A DNA stretch of 64,000 nucleotides. It comes from an uncultured Pseudomonadota bacterium. Lineage in GTDB: Bacteria > Pseudomonadota > Alphaproteobacteria > RF32 > CAG-239. Below, in pieces: positions 10,208 to 19,968 of the stretch; within the stretch, counting starts at the first letter, position 1; the number at the start of each line of letters is the position of its first letter. The stretch spans positions 6,475 through 70,474 of the forward strand of contig CADAJN010000005.1 of assembly GCA_902788365.1 (NCBI GenBank). Direction: 5' to 3'. The position numbers were made by a program, and so were the translations under genes. The notes beneath the pieces were generated by a model. The model saw only the letters and a program-made list of their open reading frames with translations. It had not been told where the DNA came from and ran no database searches.

Positions 10208-11362
10208 CTATTTCTGGTTTATGACTTCTTCATAAACCTTTATCGTTTTATCACACATAATTTGTTTTGTAAAATGTTCTTTTACATTTTTTATAGCCGC
10301 TGCGCCTATTTTTTCACGTTCTTGCGTGGTTAAACGCAGCGCCCACAAAAGCGCCTTTGCCAAATCATCAGCATCACCGCTTTTAAACAGCTTGCCGGTC
10401 ACACCGTCAATCACCGTTTCTTTAGACCCACCGATATCTGAGGCTACCACAATGCGCCCCATGGCCTGTCCTTCAATGGCAATACGTCCGAACGCTTCCG
10501 GCTCAATTGAGGTTGAAAGCACCACGTCGGAAACCATCATCGCCGCCGGCACATCGGCCACATGACGAATAAATGTAAAGCGATCGCCCATACCGTAAGA
10601 GTCAATCTTTTGGTGCAGTTCTTCAGTATATTTCACTCTTCCCTGATCATCACCAATCAATAAACAATGAAAATCTTCGTCTTTAATCTTGGCTAGCGCA
10701 TCAATCAACAGCTTTTGCCCTTTCCAGTTAGTCAATCGCCCAATCAGCGTAATAATCGGCTTATCTTCCGGAATATGATTTTCTTCAATCAGCTTAATCA
10801 TACGCTCGGCCGACGTATTTTCCACATCAAAATTTTCCATATTCACACAACGCGAAATACGGCGAATTTTGCCCTCATCCGTGCCGTAATTATTGATGAT
10901 ATGCGCCTTAATATGGTCTGAAATGGCAATTACACGTTCACCAAACGTCATTACTTGATTATAAATCTTCTTTATGCCGCGCGGTCCTAAACCGTATGTG
11001 CCATGAAAAGTGGTTACAAAGTGCACACCACAGCGTTTAGCCGCCCAATAGGCACTCCAAGCCGGTGCCCGCGAACGCGCATGAACAATGGTCACGCCAT
11101 GCTCTTTGATAATCTTAGATAGACGCAACGCATTGAGCCACATTTTAAAAATATTTTTTGTTTTAAGCGGTAAAGTAAAATGCGTCACTTTCATCCGTTC
11201 CAGCTGAAATTCCATTCTGCCGCCTTCAGATGCCACATAGTTTTCAATACCGCGCTTTTGCAACTCTGAAGCAATTTCAATTGTGCCCAGTTCAACGCCG
11301 CCCTGATTAAGCTCTGGCAAAACCTGTAGCACAACAATTTTATTTTCCGACTTTTCCGTCAT
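10208..11362 (-). CDS. Glycosyltransferase family 4
   Basis: GGVE near the N-terminus and EAFGRIAIEGQAMGRIVVASDIGGSKE. I prefer the start at 11362 (MTEKSENK), which has a GAGGA RBS, over the track start at 11410. Confidence 0.8.
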   Translation of the reverse strand: MTEKSENKIVVLQVLPELNQGGVELGTIEIASELQKRGIENYVASEGGRMEFQLERMKVTHFTLPLKTKNIFKMWLNALRLSKIIKEHGVTIVHARSRAPAWSAYWAAKRCGVHFVTTFHGTYGLGPRGIKKIYNQVMTFGERVIAISDHIKAHIINNYGTDEGKIRRISRCVNMENFDVENTSAERMIKLIEENHIPEDKPIITLIGRLTNWKGQKLLIDALAKIKDEDFHCLLIGDDQGRVKYTEELHQKIDSYGMGDRFTFIRHVADVPAAMMVSDVVLSTSIEPEAFGRIAIEGQAMGRIVVASDIGGSKETVIDGVTGKLFKSGDADDLAKALLWALRLTTQEREKIGAAAIKNVKEHFTKQIMCDKTIKVYEEVINQK

Positions 11363-11470
11363 CTTTATTTTCCTCAAATAATCACACAAATCTGGCATAT
11401 TGTAATGCATTTACATACATATTTAAAGCGCAACCCCACTTTATACACACGTTGACTACCATCTGCAAAC

Positions 11471-11500
11471 AAAAAAACCACCGTTCGCAGCCGGTGGTTA
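11471..11500 (-). terminator. Rho-independent terminator after the Skp-like gene
   Basis: On the minus strand, AACCACCGG-ctgcgaa-CGGTGGTT is followed by a T7 run. Confidence 0.6.
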
Positions 11501-11520
11501 AAATTTGATTTTTTTGTTTT

Positions 11521-12270
11521 TTATTTTGCTTGCGGCTGTGATGCTTGCGATTCGGTCGCTGTTTGTGTCTCTGTTTCCTCCGACTCTTGTAACTTTGCAA
11601 TAACCGCTTCGGTAATATCTACAACATCCGGTGTAGCAACGGCAATATTCTTTGCCGACCAAACTGCCGGCAATTTTTGCTCAACCACCACATCTTCCAA
11701 TGCTTTATTGATACGGTTATTGAGTTCAGCCATTTCTTTTTCATAATCCATAATCAAATTATTGCGTTTAATTTGCAATGATTTCATATACACTTCCGAA
11801 TATTCGGAACGCACGGATTGATCTTTAATTCCCTTTAATTTCTTTTCTGCCGCACGCACTTCATCATTCAGTTTGTTGACTTTCTGTTCAAACAATTTCT
11901 TCTTATCCAGCATTCCCAGCGACAAAACCGTATCATCTAAGCTGAAAACATATATTTTGCGGCCGGCATCAATTTTTTGTGCAACTTGCGAATCAATATT
12001 GGAAAACTGACTTTTTAACATCTGAACATCTTGTTGCAAGCGCATATTTTGCTCTTCCAAACTCATATTTCTGACTATCAAAAGCACTGCCACCAATAAT
12101 ACAAATACCGTCAAAATCCAAAACTTATTTTTATCCAATGCGGCAATTGTTTGGACGAGCTTATCATTTTGCAACATCCCGTTCAGCTTGTTTTGCGCTG
12201 CCTCTTGATTTGCCACATCTTCATTGACAACTTCCGTTACATTTTCTGTTTCAAATACCTGATCTTCCAT
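11521..12270 (-). CDS. Membrane-anchored coiled-coil protein, OmpH/Skp-like
   Basis: One TM segment (FWILTVFVLLVAVLLIV) followed by a K/E/Q-rich region ending ...AVATPDVVDITEAVIAKL, which resembles the Skp/OmpH C-terminal signature. The family call is tentative. Confidence 0.5.
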   Translation of the reverse strand: MEDQVFETENVTEVVNEDVANQEAAQNKLNGMLQNDKLVQTIAALDKNKFWILTVFVLLVAVLLIVRNMSLEEQNMRLQQDVQMLKSQFSNIDSQVAQKIDAGRKIYVFSLDDTVLSLGMLDKKKLFEQKVNKLNDEVRAAEKKLKGIKDQSVRSEYSEVYMKSLQIKRNNLIMDYEKEMAELNNRINKALEDVVVEQKLPAVWSAKNIAVATPDVVDITEAVIAKLQESEETETQTATESQASQPQAK

Positions 12271-12365
12271 TACTCCCCCTTTTGCCGATATTATGGTTTA
12301 TCAACATGCTATTTATTGTTTTATACATTTTCTGTATCAAGTCAAGCTTTTTTAATCAAAATTGA

Positions 12366-14585
12366 CTATTTCAAAAATTTGTTGTTTTTCGGAAAACCGA
12401 ACGGCACGGTTTTTCCGACCTGCGCCCGATGTCCGAGCCATGTCAGCAATTCTTTTTCCGTGCTGATACCTCCGGCACGATTATAGCTGAATCCTTCTTC
12501 TTGCTTAAATATTTGAATATCTGAAATATTTCCGTCACGATATTTTTGCAGCAAAACCCCATGCCCACGCGCCATAATCGGCACTTCTTCCGCCTTAAAC
12601 ACCAATAAACGCCGATTTTCACCGACAACAGCCACATAATCACCGTCCATTTTAAGACAGAACATGACCGTTTCTCCGTCAGCCACGTTCATAATCTTAC
12701 GTCCTTGACGAGTTTGTGCCAAAATATGATTTTCATCAACCACAAAACCATATCCTTTATCAGAAGCAATCAAATAACTAGCCCCGGGTTCATAAACAAA
12801 CATTGCCGCCACATCGTCGTTATTTGCTAAATCAATCATTAAACGCAACGGCTGCCCGAAACCTCGCCCGCTCGGAATATCGTTTGCCGCCACATTAAAG
12901 AATTTACCTTTATTATCTAAAATCACGATTTTATCGGTTGTTTGTGCATGCAAAGCAAACAACAACGCATCATCATCTTTGAACTTAAACGGCTCTTTAA
13001 GGTCGGTATGTCCTTTCATGCAACGGATCCAACCTTTTTGCGATAAGATAACCGTAATAGGCTCTTTTTCAATCCATGCTTCCAGCGGCACATCAATTTC
13101 TGCCGGCGGCTCGGAAATTTCGGTGCGACGCCGTCCGAGCGCTGTCTTTTTACCATACTTTTCCTTAGTGCGCTTAATTTCTTCGGCAATAGCCGCCCAA
13201 CGTTTACTTTCGTCTTCCTTTAGCATTTCCAATTTTGCTTTTTCTTCCAGCAAATCTTTATGCTCGCCTTCAATCTGCGCTTCGTCAAGCTTACGCAAGT
13301 TACGCAGTTTCATATTCAAAATCGCTTCGGCTTGATTATCGGTCAATTTAAATTCGCGCATCATCACCGCTTTTGGCTCATCTTCTTCACGAATAATGCG
13401 AATAATCTCATCTAAATTCAGATAAGCAATTAAATAGCCTTCCAAAATTTCAAGTCTTGCATTTATTTTGCCTAATCTGAATTTGATTTTACGCAATAAA
13501 ATATGGTTTCTATGTTGCAGATAATCGTGCAATACCGCGCCGATATTCATCACGCGCGGCACGCCGTCTAAATCCAACACATTCATATTCATGTTAAATT
13601 TGGCTTCCATATCGGTTTGCCGAAACAGTTGTTCCATTAAAAGTGTAGCATCAACCGTGCGGCTTTTCGGTTCTAACACAATTCGCACATCTTCGGCCGA
13701 TTCGTCACGCACATCACCTAAAAGCGGCAATTTTTTATTCAAAAGCAATTCGGCAATTTTTTCAATCAGCTTTGATTTAACCACCTGATACGGAATTTCG
13801 CTGACCACGATTTGGTATTGTCCATGCCCCAAATCTTCGGTTTGCCATTTGGCACGAATACGAAAATTACCTTTGCCCTGCTTATAATTGTTCAAAATTG
13901 TTTCAAAACTGTCAACCAACACGCCGCCGGTTGGAAAATCCGGTCCCTTAAGACGCCGCACCAAAGGCTCATCATCGCACTGCGGATTTTCAATCATATA
14001 TAAAAGAGCATCGCTGACTTCACTCAAATTATGCGGCGGAATATTGGTTGCCATACCCACGGCAATTCCCATAGCGCCATTGCATAGCAAATTCGGCACC
14101 ATCGCCGGCATAACTGTCGGCTCACTATCCTCGCCATCATAAGTATCTATAAATTCTACCGCATCGTCGCTTAAACCGTCCATCAAATCCATGGCAAATT
14201 CGGTTAATCTGGCTTCGGTATAACGCATAGCCGCCGCACCGTCGCCATCAATATTACCGAAGTTTCCCTGTCCGTCTACCAACGGATAACGCACTGAAAA
14301 GTCTTGAGCCAAACGCACCATGGCACCATAAACCGCGCTATCGCCGTGCGGATGATATTTACCGATCACATCACCAACCACGCGCGCACATTTTTTATAG
14401 CCGTTTTTCGGGTCCAAATGCAGCTGCCGCATGGCATACATCAAGCGCCGATGCACCGGTTTTAAGCCGTCACGCACATCGGGCAAAGAACGAGAGACAA
14501 TCGTAGACATAGCATACGACAAATAGCGTTTGCTTAATTCTTCTCCAAATTGCACATCTTTAATTTTTGCGTTTTCCTGATCCAT
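12366..14585 (-). CDS. parC: DNA topoisomerase IV subunit A
   Basis: GyrA/ParC N-terminus ([23 protein letters not shown]) and a 739-aa length with no GyrA box seen. It is adjacent to recO. Confidence 0.9.
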   Translation of the reverse strand: MDQENAKIKDVQFGEELSKRYLSYAMSTIVSRSLPDVRDGLKPVHRRLMYAMRQLHLDPKNGYKKCARVVGDVIGKYHPHGDSAVYGAMVRLAQDFSVRYPLVDGQGNFGNIDGDGAAAMRYTEARLTEFAMDLMDGLSDDAVEFIDTYDGEDSEPTVMPAMVPNLLCNGAMGIAVGMATNIPPHNLSEVSDALLYMIENPQCDDEPLVRRLKGPDFPTGGVLVDSFETILNNYKQGKGNFRIRAKWQTEDLGHGQYQIVVSEIPYQVVKSKLIEKIAELLLNKKLPLLGDVRDESAEDVRIVLEPKSRTVDATLLMEQLFRQTDMEAKFNMNMNVLDLDGVPRVMNIGAVLHDYLQHRNHILLRKIKFRLGKINARLEILEGYLIAYLNLDEIIRIIREEDEPKAVMMREFKLTDNQAEAILNMKLRNLRKLDEAQIEGEHKDLLEEKAKLEMLKEDESKRWAAIAEEIKRTKEKYGKKTALGRRRTEISEPPAEIDVPLEAWIEKEPITVILSQKGWIRCMKGHTDLKEPFKFKDDDALLFALHAQTTDKIVILDNKGKFFNVAANDIPSGRGFGQPLRLMIDLANNDDVAAMFVYEPGASYLIASDKGYGFVVDENHILAQTRQGRKIMNVADGETVMFCLKMDGDYVAVVGENRRLLVFKAEEVPIMARGHGVLLQKYRDGNISDIQIFKQEEGFSYNRAGGISTEKELLTWLGHRAQVGKTVPFGFPKNNKFLK

Positions 14586-15325
14586 TATTCACCTGTTATA
14601 CTTTGCGGCATTGTCAAAATTTGCAGTAAGTTAGCACGTTTTTCCGGCAATTGCAAGTTATGCGGCATTAAAAAATTTTTACTTAAAAAGCGACCGGTCA
14701 TACTCAAAACATTAGCAATTTCGCTATTTTTCGGCCAACTGTTATGCTCTGTAATATATTGTGGATAAGCATATAATTTATCCTTATACGGCGCGCCGAC
14801 TTTTTCACATACGGCACGACCGGTCTTCGGCGAAATATAGCGCAAATCCGTATATTGACCGGTTACGGCACAGCGGCTTGTATCAATACCGATTCCCAAA
14901 AAATCCAGTAAGTGAAATTCAAAAAACGAATAATATGCCAGCCAATTCGGTGCCTGAATATGAACGAAAAAATCGTCAATCACTTGATAAAACTCTCCCA
15001 AATCGTCATTTTCAGCCACACATACATCAATCAGCCGACATAACGACGCCAATGCCTCAATTTTGTGCGTGTCACCCAAAAAATCGGCCGTATGCGAGCG
15101 ACATAATTCAACCCCTTTAAAGCTCGGCATATTTTCAGCCACACGCGCATAAGCATTAAACGAAATCAGATTGCCTAATTGGCAAATGCCGCGCAATCTT
15201 TTGCCTTGTGCCCCCGTCACATAGCCGGTTATCTTACCGTTTTGCGGACACACCACCGTTACAATCGCCGATTTTTCGCCGTGATTTCTGATTTTAACGA
15301 TATATCCCGTATTACTGAACTGCAT
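14585..15325 (-). CDS. recO: DNA repair protein RecO
   Basis: 246 aa with an OB-fold N-terminus ([18 protein letters not shown]) and a C-x2-T...C zinc-like region. Its stop overlaps the parC start. Confidence 0.85.
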   Translation of the reverse strand: MQFSNTGYIVKIRNHGEKSAIVTVVCPQNGKITGYVTGAQGKRLRGICQLGNLISFNAYARVAENMPSFKGVELCRSHTADFLGDTHKIEALASLCRLIDVCVAENDDLGEFYQVIDDFFVHIQAPNWLAYYSFFEFHLLDFLGIGIDTSRCAVTGQYTDLRYISPKTGRAVCEKVGAPYKDKLYAYPQYITEHNSWPKNSEIANVLSMTGRFLSKNFLMPHNLQLPEKRANLLQILTMPQSITGE

Positions 15326-15380
15326 TTTGCTTGTTTAGACCTGCCGATTAACTTATTGCGCCGATATTATCACAACTTTA

Positions 15381-16193
15381 TTAATATTCACTTATCAAAG
15401 TTTTATTAACTTTATCAAACGCCATTAACTCGCGTAAAACCCGTTCCATATCTTTAAGCGCAATAGAATTCGGTCCGTCCGACAATGCTTTGTCCGGATT
15501 TTCATGTGTTTCAATAAACACTGCGGCCACACCGACTGCCACCGCCGCACGCGCTAAAACCGGCGCAAATTCACGTTGACCGCCGGTTGTGCCACCAAGT
15601 CCGCCCGGTTGTTGCACCGAATGTGTGGCATCAAAAATCACCGGATAACCGCAATCTTTAGCCATTTGTGGAAAGGCCCGCATATCTGTCACCAATGTGT
15701 TATAGCCGAAACAGGTACCGCGCTCGGTTATGCAAATGCGTTGATTACCAGAATCTTCAGCTTTTTTCACAATATTTTTAACATCCCACGGTGCTAAAAA
15801 TTGCCCTTTTTTAATATTAACGACACGACCGGTCTTTGCCGCCGCCACCACCAAATCAGTCTGCCGACACAAAAACGCCGGAATTTGCAACATATCAACA
15901 TATTCCGCCACAATCGGGCACTGTTCACGTTCATGTTTTTTAATTTGCTCAAATGTTTTCATACCTTCTTCCAAACCGACGCCTCGTGCACTGTTAATTG
16001 ATGTGCGATTTGCCTTATCAAACGAAGCCTTAAAAATATACGGGATTCCCAGTTTTTGAGTAATTTCCACCATTTGACCAGCAATAAAAATCGCGTGTTC
16101 GCGGCTTTCAATCTGGCATGGACCGGCAATCAGCGCCAGTGGCAATTTATTACCTAATTGAACATTTCCGACATTGATAATCTTCTGCTCCAT
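15381..16193 (-). CDS. kdsA: 2-dehydro-3-deoxyphosphooctonate aldolase (KDO-8-P synthase)
   Basis: PLALIAGPCQIESREHA, PYIFKASFDKANRTSI and FDATHSVQ motifs. Confidence 0.9.
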   Translation of the reverse strand: MEQKIINVGNVQLGNKLPLALIAGPCQIESREHAIFIAGQMVEITQKLGIPYIFKASFDKANRTSINSARGVGLEEGMKTFEQIKKHEREQCPIVAEYVDMLQIPAFLCRQTDLVVAAAKTGRVVNIKKGQFLAPWDVKNIVKKAEDSGNQRICITERGTCFGYNTLVTDMRAFPQMAKDCGYPVIFDATHSVQQPGGLGGTTGGQREFAPVLARAAVAVGVAAVFIETHENPDKALSDGPNSIALKDMERVLRELMAFDKVNKTLISEY

Positions 16194-16204
16194 TTGTTTT
16201 CTCC

Positions 16205-16762
16205 TTAAAATTCAAACCGACTGAATACAAACAACACATTGCCATCATTTTTAATCCCCGGCACATAAGCCGCTTGCAAGTTCAAGCGTTTATATCCCAC
16301 ACCGATTAACGGCAACGGTAACGGCACCGGAATATAAGCATATTCATGCCGCTGTGTTAAACCCAATGTATATCCGATACCGGCGCGCCATTCATCATGC
16401 GAACCTGCCGTCCAGTTCCATTGTCTGGCATAGCCGAAATAGGTTTCCAAATACGAATTTGAGTCCTTAAATCCCATGGCATAAATACCCGACCATGTAT
16501 GCTCGGCATTATAATGCGACATACCTAAACCGAAGCCCCATGCATGTTCGTTATATTTATCCAAATGTTCACGATCATAAAACAACCGATTATGCCACGC
16601 ATAAAATGGCACATAAACGTCATAGCGGTGCATACATCTGATATCCTTGATATCTTCTACCACAAAATCGGTCAATTCGCCCAGTTTTTCACTCCACGAC
16701 GCCGCTAAAGCACCACGCCCGCACAACAAACTCAACATCACTAAAATTGCGATTTTTTTCAT
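16205..16762 (-). CDS. pagP: Lipid A palmitoyltransferase PagP
   Basis: It aligns by eye along the whole E. coli PagP sequence: YDVYVPFYAWHNR (WH His), YAMGFKDS (Asp-Ser), YIPVPLPLPLIGVGY and NDGNVLFVFSRFEF. A signal peptide is present. Confidence 0.85.
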   Translation of the reverse strand: MKKIAILVMLSLLCGRGALAASWSEKLGELTDFVVEDIKDIRCMHRYDVYVPFYAWHNRLFYDREHLDKYNEHAWGFGLGMSHYNAEHTWSGIYAMGFKDSNSYLETYFGYARQWNWTAGSHDEWRAGIGYTLGLTQRHEYAYIPVPLPLPLIGVGYKRLNLQAAYVPGIKNDGNVLFVFSRFEF

Positions 16763-16765
16763 ACG

Positions 16766-17410
16766 TTATTCCTTATCCAATTCTTCGGGGGTTACAATAC
16801 CGCACGACAACACATATTTAATACCGTCTTCCACACTCATATCCAATTTAATAATATCTTTTTGCGGCACAAAAATCAAAAACCCCGATGTTGGGTTCGG
16901 CGTGGTCGGCACATAAACACTCACAAAATCTTGTCCGGTTTTCTGAGCAATTTCGCCGCCGGTTTGATCTCGGCTGACAAAGGCTATCGTCCATAATCCC
17001 TGACGCGGATATTGCACTAAAACAACTTGGCTGAACGAACGCGATTTTTGCGATAAAAAAGTTTCAAAAATCTGCTTCATCAGTGAATAAAAACTGGAAA
17101 CAACCGGCATTTTACGAATAATTTTTTCCCATAGCCGCACAAAAAATTTACCGACATAGCCGGTTGTCAGCATACCGATAAAAATCAGCGCCACAATCAA
17201 CAAAAATAAACCACATCCCGGAATGGCATACGGCACCACATCACCTATTTTCCACTGTTGCGGAATAAGCCGACTGGTTGCACCGTTAATCCAAATAACC
17301 AAATGATAGGCCATATAAACCGTAATGGCCACCGGCGCCGCCACAATCACACCGGTCAAAAAATAACTTTTCAGCTTACTCCAAAATTTTGTTTGTTTCT
17401 CTTCTGCCAT
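16766..17410 (-). CDS. DUF502 family membrane protein
   Basis: Two N-terminal TM segments and the hallmark VPTTPNPTSGFLIFVP...DMSVEDGIKYVLSCG. Confidence 0.85.
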   Translation of the reverse strand: MAEEKQTKFWSKLKSYFLTGVIVAAPVAITVYMAYHLVIWINGATSRLIPQQWKIGDVVPYAIPGCGLFLLIVALIFIGMLTTGYVGKFFVRLWEKIIRKMPVVSSFYSLMKQIFETFLSQKSRSFSQVVLVQYPRQGLWTIAFVSRDQTGGEIAQKTGQDFVSVYVPTTPNPTSGFLIFVPQKDIIKLDMSVEDGIKYVLSCGIVTPEELDKE

Positions 17411-19171
17411 TTATTTCCTCATCATATCTTTAATTACCAGTTGAACTTTTACATTTCCCTGCCAAACATCGGTTTTTACGGTGCCGACCACATCATATAT
17501 ATCGCCATGATGATTAAGCACGGCCTGTCCGATTTGGCTGTCTGCCGCATTAAAAGCAATCGCCGGCACATAACCACCCAGCGCTGATGTCAAAAAACAC
17601 TTTACATGACCGTTGCCGACAATCTGCGGACGACTGATTTGCACATCACTAATTTTAATCAGCGGTTCCGGATTACCTGTGCCATAGGGTTCTAATTGCT
17701 CCAATTGTTGGGCAAACGCCACATTTACCGCCGCTGCATTTACCGAGCAATCAATATTAAGCACCGGCGTAATTTTTTCCGTTCCCAACTGCGCCAACAC
17801 ATATTCACCGACAAATTGCTTAAATGCCGGAATTTGTTCTTGTGTCAATGAAAAACCCGCTGCCATGACATGACCGCCGCCGTGAGTAATAACCCCCTTT
17901 TCCTTAGCGGCAATAATCAATGCGCCCAAATCAAGCCCGTCTACCGAACGTGCCGAACCTTTCACTTCATCCGGCTCAATACTCATCACAAACGCCGGCA
18001 TGTTATAGCGCTCACGCAACTTTCCGGCCACAATACCAATGACTCCCTGATGCCAATCATCGCCCACGGCAAAAGCCATAGGATAAGCCTGTGCCTCGCC
18101 TTCTACCTGTTCAATTGCTTGCAACAGCACATAACTTTCTATTTCTTTGCGTTCCGTGTTCAGCTCATTAAATTTATCAGCCAGTTTCTGCGCCTCAATT
18201 TCATCATCGGTCAACAATAACCGACTGCCGAGTGCGGCATCTCCGACCCGCCCGCAAGCGTTAATACGCGGGCCGAGCATAAATCCCAAATGATAGGCAC
18301 GCGGTGCTGTTGTTAAATTCACCGCCGTCATCAGTTTTTTTAAACCGACATTTTGCTGTCCGGCCATCACTTTTAAGCCTTGCTTCACATAAGCGCGATT
18401 TAACCCCAAAAGCGGCACCACATCACACACCGTGCCGAGAGCCACCAAATCAAGCAAATTCATTAAGTTCGGCTCTGTCCGGTTTTGATAAAATCCCTTT
18501 TGCCGCAAAATACGATTGACCGCCACCAAAAACATAAAACCAACTCCGACGGCCGACATATATTCTAAATGTTTATACGGGTTTTCTTCATCCAAGCGCT
18601 TGGGATTAACCACCGCAAAAACTTGCGGCAATTCGGTTTCGGCCTCATGATGATCAACCACAATTATTTCAAAACCGTTTGCCGCAGCCCGATTTAAAAC
18701 ATCAAATGCTGTGGTGCCGCAATCAATTGTTATCACTAACTTAGCTCCCGCAGCGGCAAATTCGGCAAACGCCAAATCACTCGGGCCATAACCTTCTTCA
18801 CGGCTTGGAATATGAATAAGCGACTCAATACCGACAGCACGCAAGAAACGCGTCAGTTCAGCGGTTGAAGTTGCCCCATCCACATCATAGTCACCGATAA
18901 TGGCTATTTTTTCACCGTTCATAACTGCAGCAGCCACACGTTCGGCAGCTTTTTGCATATCTTTCAAAACATAAGGATCCGGCATCAGTTTTTGCAATTT
19001 CGGCTGCAAAAAATCATTCACCTCATCAAATGCCACATGCCGACAAGACAATAACCGTGCCAAGTGCGGCGGCAAATCATAAGTTTGAGCCACCCGCTCG
19101 CACCATGCTTCATCTGCCGGCACCATACGCCAAACATTTCCTCCTAAAGATATTGCCTCACCGTTATCCAA
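17411..19171 (-). CDS. recJ: Single-stranded-DNA-specific exonuclease RecJ
   Basis: DHH motifs (IIGDYDVDGATS, DCG, VVDHH) and the DHHA1 motif GGGHVMAAG. Confidence 0.9.
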   Translation of the reverse strand: MDNGEAISLGGNVWRMVPADEAWCERVAQTYDLPPHLARLLSCRHVAFDEVNDFLQPKLQKLMPDPYVLKDMQKAAERVAAAVMNGEKIAIIGDYDVDGATSTAELTRFLRAVGIESLIHIPSREEGYGPSDLAFAEFAAAGAKLVITIDCGTTAFDVLNRAAANGFEIIVVDHHEAETELPQVFAVVNPKRLDEENPYKHLEYMSAVGVGFMFLVAVNRILRQKGFYQNRTEPNLMNLLDLVALGTVCDVVPLLGLNRAYVKQGLKVMAGQQNVGLKKLMTAVNLTTAPRAYHLGFMLGPRINACGRVGDAALGSRLLLTDDEIEAQKLADKFNELNTERKEIESYVLLQAIEQVEGEAQAYPMAFAVGDDWHQGVIGIVAGKLRERYNMPAFVMSIEPDEVKGSARSVDGLDLGALIIAAKEKGVITHGGGHVMAAGFSLTQEQIPAFKQFVGEYVLAQLGTEKITPVLNIDCSVNAAAVNVAFAQQLEQLEPYGTGNPEPLIKISDVQISRPQIVGNGHVKCFLTSALGGYVPAIAFNAADSQIGQAVLNHHGDIYDVVGTVKTDVWQGNVKVQLVIKDMMRK

Positions 19172-19412
19172 ATGTATCCCCTGTTTTAATCATTCCGAAT
19201 GGCGCTATATTACGTTTTGTTCGCCCTAATCGCAAGCATTATTGTTGTTTTGATAACAGCTAAAACTCAAAAATCAAATTTTATCGTCACAATGATTTTT
19301 GGGGCGATAAAATACTATATATTCAGCAAAAAATTTTTAAAACAATCAGAAATTTGTTGCACCGCAAAAATCAATTTGTTATACTGAAAAAGGTAATTAT
19401 TCGGATGAAATC

Positions 19413-19883
19413 ATGTCAAAGCTGTTACATTGGGTCGGCATCGCTTTTTTTATGCTGATGACCGCCTGCTCAAAACCCGATGACAACGCACCGCAAAAGC
19501 TTTCCATTATTGCGGCAGACGGGCAGTCTGTGCGCCATGAATGGACCGTTGAAGTAGCTGACACCATGGAAAAAGCCTATCGCGGCTTAATGGGGCGTTT
19601 TTCACTATCGGAAAACGCCGGCATGTTGTTTGATGTCAATATTGTGCCGCGCGATATGGGAATTGCTTTTTGGATGAAAGATACCCCGATTTCTTTAGAT
19701 ATGTTGTTTGCCGATGAAAACGGCGTTATTTTCTACATTTATGAAAACGCCGTGCCAAATGATATTACGCCGATTATGTCACCGGTTCGACCAGCCGCCG
19801 TGCTGGAAATTAACGGCGGACAAACCGAGCGCTTCGGCATTCAAAAAGGCGATATTATGCACCACCCGATTTTTAATAATTGA
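19413..19883 (+). CDS. DUF192 domain protein (secreted/lipoprotein-like)
   Basis: Signal peptide with LMTAC, followed by GLMGR...GMLF...FWMKDTPISLDMLF, which is typical of DUF192. Confidence 0.75.
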   Translation: MSKLLHWVGIAFFMLMTACSKPDDNAPQKLSIIAADGQSVRHEWTVEVADTMEKAYRGLMGRFSLSENAGMLFDVNIVPRDMGIAFWMKDTPISLDMLFADENGVIFYIYENAVPNDITPIMSPVRPAAVLEINGGQTERFGIQKGDIMHHPIFNN

Positions 19884-19968
19884 TTGATTTATCGCATTTC
19901 TTTATATCGCAACATTTATTAACATAACGTGACGGGACTTTTACATCGGAACACGCTATGCTGTCATT

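Noticed and set aside
19199-19387. A 62-aa hydrophobic ORF between recJ and the DUF192 gene.
   Set aside because: It has no RBS. It lies in AT-rich promoter-like DNA, where hydrophobic ORFs arise by chance.
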